64,000 nucleotides of DNA from the human T2T-CHM13v2.0 reference genome, Homo sapiens, in the NCBI RefSeq assembly GCF_009914755.1, contig NC_060936.1. One strand, written 5' to 3'. Position numbers and translations under genes: made by a program. Positions 55,346-64,000 of this stretch are shown here, piece after piece. Within the stretch, counting starts at the first letter, position 1, and each line of letters opens with the position of its first letter. The notes under the pieces are model-generated. The model searched no databases, was not told the DNA's origin, and worked only from the letters and a program-made list of their open reading frames with translations.

Positions 55346-58300
55346 GAATTTAAAGTATATCCTTTGAGGTCATTTTATGTAACAATTAGATATAACCTCC
55401 TGTGTATCTCTCTGTTCCTCTTCAAAGTTATTAAAATTCAGCTTAGGTCATGGATTTTTAATATGAGGGCCAGCTGTACTGGTGTCAGGTAGGTGTTTTG
55501 GGTGTAGATAATTTAGGACTGGAGGGCTGAGTTAAGTTTTAGGAGGAGAATGTGGTTGAGAATATTTTGAAAGGAATTTATGGAGTTTGTGAAATAACTT
55601 CGAAGTCCTCTTCCTTTACAATATTTGAATTCATATTTGTACCTTCTCAAAATAGTGATTCATTTTTCCTAGAATTACAGGAGGGAGCTCTTTTACTAAT
55701 GTTGTTTTGTTTGCAACTTTGATGGCTTATAATAGGAAGTATTCTAGTTGTAAAGAAAACTCTTTAGAGACTTTTGACTGGTCAGTATACTGAGGTGTGA
55801 GATTTGATTCATGATGAAGAAAGCCTATAGATTGCCAAAAAATTAATTCTCCAAACCACCTTTCACTCTCAGAAAATGAGACCACAAAGGAGTATGCTAT
55901 AAATCAAATTTGCCAACCAATTATGTAGATATTACTCATTCTAGGACTAATGATGATGGTAAAGAAGTTGCCAGTGTTATGGCAATGAAAATTTCAGAAA
56001 GGAGGAGTTGATGATCTTCTAGATGTATATGAACACCTGTCTATATCTGCATGTATATGTTTTGACCTGCAGTGGTTGCAATGTTGATATGTGTTCAAGA
56101 TTATTCCTGTCTACAAAACTGAAGGCCCATGTTCAAATTGTTCTTTATTGGGTGTTTTTATGGTCACGTGGTAACAATTTTCTTACCTAACCTACAAAAG
56201 GTTCTCTTGATGAACATTTTTATTTATATTTACTAATCTTTTTTAAAAAAAGCTTTCATAGCATTATATAATCAGATGAAGAAAGCCCAGTAGAATAAAA
56301 AAAAAATTCATTAGCCTAGCCTATATTATGTTTTCTGTCAAAGGAAAACAAATTCTCAAATAGGAATTCTAAAAATATTTACTAAAGTAAAATAACTACT
56401 TAAAATGTTTTATTCCAGTTGGAAGGAAGGTACAGGGAGAAATTGCAATTATTTAGGGGAGAAGTATATTTATTATAAGATGGTGTCCTCAAATTAGCCT
56501 ACCATGGCACGTAGGGGCAGCAGCTATATTAGATTTACTAGAGGTGCTAAGTTAGAACACTAGGCTTTTATTGAGGCAGGTTTTAATATTGATAGATGCT
56601 TTTTGTTTGGTTTGTTTCTTCTGGGAGAGAATGGAGGACTTAAGTAGAAGTAGCTACTGATAACAGACTTTCTAGTAGCAGTTTCCACTCCACGGTTACC
56701 TTTTTAGTTTCATAGTATCTTTTCACAAAGTATTACAAATAAGCTAGATTCTCCCAGTTTGGGAATGCAAGTTTGCTACATTTTTAGCCTGGCAATATTT
56801 GTGTAGGTATTGCCTTATTGGAAATTCTGGAAACCTGATACTGCAACCTGCAATGTAGGATGTTTGTATGGCATTTAAAGGTAATGGTGATGTTTATTAT
56901 TCTATACTTTGCATTCTGTGAGAGTAATTTTCACTCTGTCTTAAGTGTGAGTAAGCCTCTTCTAAAAATCTTGTTCTTGCCAAGAAATTTATAAATCACA
57001 TACGAAGACGTCTGTTGCTAACAGTTAACTTTATGAGGTAACTATATCCTTCTATTTCTCTGGACTCATTTTTAAAAAATATGCCGAATACTGCATACTG
57101 TTTAAGGTAGTATATAAGTTTATGAGAGAAGTGGAGAGCTTTCTTCCTTGAAAAGTCGGTATTTGTTGAGATACCATTTGCCTCACAGAGAGGTGTTCCC
57201 CACTCCCATCCCCATTGCCAGATAATAAATATTTTGAGAAAAGTGACCTAAAACAGCTGAAATCTTAGGTGCATCTGTCTGCAGACCTCCTTAAGCAGGC
57301 TGTATCTTACAATTCCCTTACTGCACTGGGTAAGTGTTAACTTAGTTTTTGTTGTTTGCTCTTTTGCTTTAAATATTCTCCAAATTACCATTTATGCAAC
57401 ATGGTTAGGGTTAATACTGCATGGTATTCATTTATCTTGTTTCATGAACTTTCCAGTACTGTACAAGGTCAACAAAGTAATGCCTGTGGTATCCTCATCT
57501 CTCACTTTTTTACTCTGTGATTTTAGCACAGTAAGGTACTGCAAAGACCTTCCTTCCAAATGTTCTCCTTGACTTTATTTCTTGGGCCAATTCAGTATCC
57601 TCAACATCCTAAGATTTTGTTGTTTTATCACTGACCTGTGGTTGGCCTGTTTTATTCTAATTTCCAGAAAAGTCAAGTCCCAGTATTTGCAATATCAAAT
57701 AACTCTAAAACCGATGTGTGATTCTACCTTCCTTACTATTTTTACTGGGCAAATGCCCTATTTTTTTAATTATTATTATTTTTAACTTTTGGGACACACA
57801 AAAATCAGCAATTCTCATGAAGCGTTTGTTAGTGTGGCAGACTTGTCTAATTCCTGAAACTCATTCATCCCCTTGAGCCAGCCAATGGGGAGGAATAGGA
57901 TAATGCAAACACATGTTTTGTTTTCTCATTTTCAAATAATTTACCATGTTAAAATAAACTTTTCTTTGTTTTTTATTTGTAGAGTCAGCTAAGTACCCAT
58001 ATTTAAATGCCGTCTTTATTATTTTTTTGAGGTCTTTGTTTTTGTCTGTTTTTGTTTTGTTTTGTTTTGTAAATAAGGTAACTGGGCAATCAAACACCTT
58101 TTGGGGATTCTGGCTTTAGTATTTTATCAGCCATTTTAAAATTAAATATAAAAATCCTTTGTAAGAAACTTGCATCCTAATTTTTCTTTATTGCAATTGA
58201 AAGTGTAAATAATAAGACAATGTAAGTAAGACCTTCCTAATGTCTAATACAAACTGGGCTCCAGCAAGTGGCCCTATTTTTATTAGGGTTTTGAAGGTTT

Positions 58301-59193
58301 GTGTGTGTGTGTGCGTGCGTGTGTGTGTTTTTCTTTTTTAAATGTATAGTAGAGTGGTGTCTGTATAAGTGTTACCTGTAGTGGGGTTTTGTCCAGCAAG
58401 CCTGAAATTTATACTTTGAAATAAAACTACTGGGTTTTTAACATTCTGAGTACTCTGATTAATTCTGGTTATTCACCCTTGTGGCTTTTTTTCTTTCTTT
58501 CTTTTTTAAGAATCTTCCACCTTGTTTAGAATCACCCATTACATACTGTATGGTATGGCTTATTTAATCTACTTGGCAATTCCATGGCACTCAGATCACA
58601 TGTAACTCTCCAGTTTCGAAAGAAAGTTGCTATGCAGGGTTGCTGCCAGATTGTATAGGTGCTTTTAGCTTATAGGAGGCAACAGTAAGCTTTACTGTAT
58701 TGTATGCCTAACCTACATCACAAAAAGACTCAACTTATGCCTGTTAATGACCAGAAAAATCACTAACTACAATCACCAACTACTACTAGAGGTTCCTTTG
58801 AAAACGAAGCTCCAGCATCCCCTAGGGTTTTGTCATTAGGCATATTCATCCAGGGAAAGGGGAAAGAGCATAGGAGGAGTACAGATTCTTATGGGCGAGG
58901 CCTGGAAGTGGCACTCGTCTCAGGTTCCAATGGCTAGAATTGTCATGTGGCACAACTATCTGAGGGACACTGGGAGATGTGGTCTGTGTGAGCAGGCGTG
59001 AAAGGAGAACATGAATTCTGGTGAATGAAGGAGCTGTTTCTTCCATACCCTCTTGTGTATTAGCATGTATGCCGAAGCTTAGTGTTATTTATATATATAT
59101 GTAACATTTCTTCTACAGTGCTCTACCTTATAGTGAGTGCTTACTGTAAAAACAACAAAGTCAGTGGGAAATGAAAGTGACAAATTAATATAT

Positions 59194-59199
59194 TTTATT
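59194..59199 (-). terminator. PLBD1: PLBD1 poly(A) signal AATAAA
   Basis: TTTATT on + strand about 85 nt past the stop codon. Confidence 0.75.
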
Positions 59200-59282
59200 G
59201 CATAATTCTGATGGGAAAAACATAGCTAAAATAGTGCCTTTGGTATCTTATTTACAGTCTTCTAGTCCGTCATCTCCCTCCT

Positions 59283-59465
59283 TCATTTTATATCAAGTTT
59301 CAAAATTGGTTTCATGGTAATAAAATCAAAGTTGTAGACCTCTGCCATGCCCTGATGTAGAGTTTTGTTGAAACGGTCCCAGCGAAAAACAGGGAGGCCA
59401 CCTTGTACTGTGGGACCACTTATGGCATAGGATGTGTACTGAGATGCTAGGTAGATATCTGCCAC
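59283..59465 (-). CDS. PLBD1: PLBD1 (phospholipase B-like 1) last coding exon ([19 protein letters not shown]...KPILKLDIK*)
   Basis: Minus-strand ttccAG|GTG acceptor, 60 aa + TGA; AISGPT..LPVFRW is a Phospholipase B family C-terminal motif. Confidence 0.95.
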   Translation of the reverse strand: MADIYLASQYTSYAISGPTVQGGLPVFRWDRFNKTLHQGMAEVYNFDFITMKPILKLDIK

Positions 59466-59568
59466 CTGGAAAGAGGGAGGAGGAGGACATTTTAGAAAAT
59501 CATCGTTCAGCAAAAAATTAAATCCATGGCCTTCCCCACTCTCCCACTACCAAAGTCACAATATTAGC

Positions 59569-59909
<341 letters not shown>

Positions 59910-59989
59910 TGATACAGTCTTCTGTATACATTTGGCTTAAATGTCAGTTGACTAGAAGTGTGTGAAATGAACAATGTAGCCAAAAGTGA

Positions 59990-60190
59990 GATATGAAGTC
60001 AGATTACTCATATTCAGAATTCTAGCTCCAAAGCTTATTTAAAAATCACTTAACCCCTCTATGAATCAGTGTTCTCCTTTGTAAAATGGGCTGATAACCC
60101 TACTTCATAGAGTTGGCATGAGGATTAATGCAAGCAATGCTCAAAGTAATGCCTAGAATAGATGAAGTTCTTAGAAAAAGTTGTTATTAA
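59990..60190 (+). mobile_element. MIR
   Basis: CACTTAACCCCTCT...TGTAAAATGGG...CTTCATAGAGTTGGCATGAGGATTAA. Confidence 0.65.
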
Positions 60191-61384
60191 TCAGGGTGGT
60201 AACAAGAGTCTGAAAGTAGATAGAGCTCACTGTCAAAAATTGAGGGCCGTGGTTCTCAAAAACACCTAACAACTGGCTAGCAGTGGGTCTTAATCTTAGA
60301 GGGGAAAGAGAATCTCTTCTTATTTTCCCCATATTCAAAATGACTCTAAAGAGATAAATTACATTTTTAAAGAATATCCTTCAACAGAAACTTTCTGATA
60401 AGAACAATTGCAGGCCTCTGTCTCCAGAAGTGAGATTTGGTAGAGGGAAGCTTGGCTTGAGTTCTCCCAGGCAAGGCAGCAGAGGTGATTTTCTTTGTGT
60501 ATTCTGTGATAGATACAAACTTCACACATTGACTGAATGTTTGCAAATGCCATTTTAAAAAAGGAATACAAAAACATTCATTGGGGTTTCATCTGTGCCA
60601 GCTTCTCTACGTCTACCTTTTTTTTTTTAATGTTAACATTGAGAGTCATTACGGCTAAAGCTTTGCCTTCATCACATAGCTAAAAAGAAGGTTGAGCTGG
60701 AACTTAGGATACTTTAAAGCATTTCCTGTTTAGGTATTAGGCTGATAGAGAATCATGTGTAACTGGGGTCAGCATTCCTATAATTTTTTGAGCCAAAGAC
60801 AGAATACACACTTTACCCTGACAGGTTTCTTCCAGAATTTAGGACAGCTGATGAAATGAAAAGACACACACCCAAGCCAAGAGTGCAAAAGGATGTAGTA
60901 GCATGATTCCGCCAACCAAATGCCTCATACCCTCAGACGTCCCAAATCCAGTGGTGAGCAGGTAAATTTTTAACAACAATCTTTCTTTGTGAGGAAAAAA
61001 GTTCCTGATTTCCATAATGTAAATACTTTCACTGACTGGTTTGAAGCCATCAACACGTCAACTAACAATTGGTTCCTGCATGTCTATAAGCTGGCTTTAG
61101 CACACCACTGCAAACCTACTTATTACTTATATTTTCAGATACATTACAGCACTTATCAATTCTAACATTGTGAAAAACTGCTGTGCTTTAGGCATCTTGT
61201 CCAAACTTGCTCCTTCAGCTAAATTTGACTCATGTTTAACATGGAATCGCACTGCTTGAATAATATGTTCTTTGGACTTTGGGCCAGTCTGGTAAAACAT
61301 AAGACAACAATAACATCATTATGGTTGTATACATTTACAAATAACTCACTAAGTGCTGTTGTAAACATTTTACAGAGATTAAAG

Positions 61385-61515
61385 CCTTATTCTTCAGAAC
61401 AACATATGAGGTAAGTACTGTTATATCCATTTTACAGATGAGGAAACAGAAACATGACGGAATTATGTGATTTACTACTAAATGGCAGAGCAGGGACTTG
61501 AAGTTAGATAATAGG
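61385..61515 (-). mobile_element. MIR
   Basis: CCATTTTACAGATGAGGAAAC core. Confidence 0.65.
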
Positions 61516-61665
61516 ACCTACCACCAGAATCTCTGAAAAAGCTGATTCCTGGGTTGAGTTTATGGTTAGCGACATCGCTTCCTGCCATAAAAACCTGTGC
61601 AACTTTGCCTTTGGAGAGGCCTGTGTGCTGGTGGGAATTAAATTCAAAAGCCAATAGCATGTTAC

Positions 61666-61772
61666 CTTTGTGTCATAACAACCTCCAGGACTTGGGTTAG
61701 GTGAGTTCAGGTCCTCACGGCAGCAGATGGTATTACAGGGGTCACCTCTACTGTAAGGATCCTTCTTATAAT
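61666..61772 (-). CDS. PLBD1: PLBD1 penultimate exon (N-YKKDPYSRGDPCNTICCREDLNSPNPSPGGCYDTK)
   Basis: cctAG acceptor, AAG|GTAAC donor, 107 nt, phase 1-0. Confidence 0.94.
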
Positions 61773-62436
61773 CTAGGAAACAGAAATGGGGAAGAGAGTG
61801 ATTATTGGCTATTTGGAGACACACTTCTCCACAGTAAGGTTTTGAGGCCTGTTAAAGCCTAGATAATCAGAGAGTGTACTCCCACAGGCCTCCTCAGCCC
61901 AGTCTGCTTCCAGATAGAGACATCTCCCTTGGCTTGTGAGGAAGGAGTAAGTCCTTGGCCCCAGGCCCAGCCTGCCCTCAAGAACCTTACACAGTGAAAA
62001 ATGGATGGGAAAGAGAACCAGATAAACGTCCATCAGCTGTTTCCAACAAAATAAATACAAATTTGACTTTGATGCTGTTCATACAAAAAAAATGAGGTAT
62101 TTATGAACAATGTTTTGTTTTATTAGCTGCTGTTATCCTTGGAAGGAAACTTGTGTTTGGAGAAAAATTTTAAAGGACCCTCTATGAGTTATTTCTTCTG
62201 TGTTTTACAGATGATTTTTTTTTTTTCAATTAAAAAATGTATAGACTCTTCTCTTTCATTTTATAAAGGAGGCCAAAGCTCTATTTATTGAGTATAAAAT
62301 GTACAATATTAGTTAAATACTTAAATAACTTCTTATAATTCCTTCTAGTACAGAGATGATAAACTTACATGGATTCTGTATCCATAGGGAAGAAAAGGAG
62401 TTTTGAAGAATGATTCTTGAGAAATATGCTACGTAC

Positions 62437-62622
62437 TGTTGTATCGCATGATATATTTCATGGATGCCGTATCAGTCACTTTCCCTTGGTCACGCCGGAA
62501 AATTTTGGCTCGTGGAGCTAAATCATAAGAGTAGTCCAAGCCCAGCTTCTGAACTAACAGTGGATAGCCACTCCAGTTGTAGATTTTTTCATGGAAAGGA
62601 ACATTGTAGGAGGGCCAATATC
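62437..62622 (-). CDS. PLBD1: PLBD1 exon ([20 protein letters not shown]...[10 protein letters not shown]...MKYIMRYN)
   Basis: atcAG acceptor, ACA|GTACGT donor, 186 nt; YWPSYN, PRAxIFRRD and MRYN family motifs. Confidence 0.95.
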
Positions 62623-63679
62623 CTGATTTGGAATGGAAGGGAAGTAAGGGAGGGATTGACAGGGAAGGAGACAGAAAAGGAGAGAGAGCAAAAGAAATGT
62701 TATCCATGTTCATTTATTTTGAAAATGGGCACAGGCATTTAATTACAAAATAATGTACAGAAAATAAAGCTTTGCATGTGAACCCTGGCAGCCAAACAGC
62801 CTTTTAAATTTCCTAAATCAGCACAGCTCTAGGTTATTTCATTAGGGGAAGAAGAGCATCAGAATTCTCTGGTTTTCACCCAAAATTCTTAATCTCTAAG
62901 CCAAAAAACAACCATATTCTCTATAGAGCAAAATAAAGTATAATGCAAGGTGGTCTGGGGAGCTCATCTAAGTGGATTTAGTTACTGAAATGCCAAGAAA
63001 TGGTTGTTCACAGTGTGGCCCTATAAAGGAAGATGTCAAATGGTAATCATGAAGTAGTGGAAGCACATAGCACTGGGAATAGAAAGCCTGAATTCTAGGC
63101 TCAGGGCTTAAGAATCAGGTCTTAGGCAGGCAACTTCATTTGTTTTGTTTCTGTTTCTTTTTTTTTGAAAGACGTCAATGGGGAGGGAGAGGAGAAGTCC
63201 ATAATGTAAGGGGATTGGGGATGATCTTTTAGGTTACATTAGGCTTTTAATTCCTTTGACTCTAAACATTTATAAAGGCTCAGCTTCATTCAAAGCTTCA
63301 TAGTGTGTGAAGGCCACATAGCCTACTAGTCACTGAGCACCAAATATGTGACACAGCTCTCTCTTGTAAAAGCAGAATTTCAGAAACATCCTGGATGACA
63401 CTGGCCTGGGTTACTGCCTACAGAACAGTCAAGGAATGTCTCCACCATGCAGGGTTCTCTCCCACCTCCACATTCTCTCCTGGCCCTTTTCTGCCTTTCT
63501 CCTTTGTATTGTTGTACAGGACCTCCTCTTTAGGGGTGAGGTTACTGAGACAAAAAGAAAATGATAAGACATTCAGCCTTGCTAATTCTGAGACAGAGCC
63601 AGCATCAGAAGAACTGAGATATGGATGACATTGAAATTAAAGAAGAAAAACAGATTTGTTGCTAAAACATATCTAGGTT

Positions 63680-63890
63680 ATATAGGCTCAGGAATTAGAT
63701 TGCCTGGATTTGAAGCCTGGTTCTGCCATTATTAGGTATGTGACCTTGAACAAATTGCTTATCCCCTTTGTGCCTCAGTTTCTTCATCTTCATTAACTAT
63801 TCAGCATTAAGCATCTTCATAAGCATGAGCATGAAATGCATTCAGATGGAGTGCTTACAATAGTATCTAATACTTGGTAAACATTAGATT
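63680..63890 (+). mobile_element. MIR
   Basis: TGTGACCTTGAACAAATTGCTTA...TGCCTCAGTTTCTTCATCT. Confidence 0.7.
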
Positions 63891-64000
63891 ATTATATTTC
63901 TCTTTGTGAAAACAGCTCAAATGAATAACGAAAATGTCTACTTTATACTTCACATTTCATGAAGCTTCGTGATTTAAAACAGAGCAACTTGGCCTGGTGC

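Overview
Human (or very close primate) genomic DNA, recognised as the 3' two-thirds of ATF7IP (MCAF1, the SETDB1/H3K9me3 cofactor). ATF7IP lies on the + strand with 10 coding exons from 2483 to the stop at 53583 and a 3'UTR of up to about 4.9 kb. It lies tail-to-tail with the last three exons of PLBD1 on the - strand (59283-62622). The introns carry about 20 Alus, old L1s, a Charlie hAT element and MaLR/ERVL LTR pieces. Four things stand out. (1) A 13-kb antisense tandem HERV-L (MLT2A LTR-int-LTR-int-LTR) sits in the intron before the last two ATF7IP coding exons, the final one of which encodes the C-terminal FnIII domain; its two internal copies show patchwork identity. (2) Just upstream is a weak splice donor whose read-through gives a FnIII-less ATF7IP ending at an L1-derived poly(A) signal, a possible heterochromatin-sensing autoregulatory switch (hypothesis only). 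(3) A 1.38-kb TSD-flanked retrocopy of a non-coding RNA, polyadenylated in a THE1 LTR, is inserted in an old L1. (4) A local templated duplication flanks one exon. Repeat subfamily names come from remembered consensus sequences, not from a search, and repeat boundaries are approximate.
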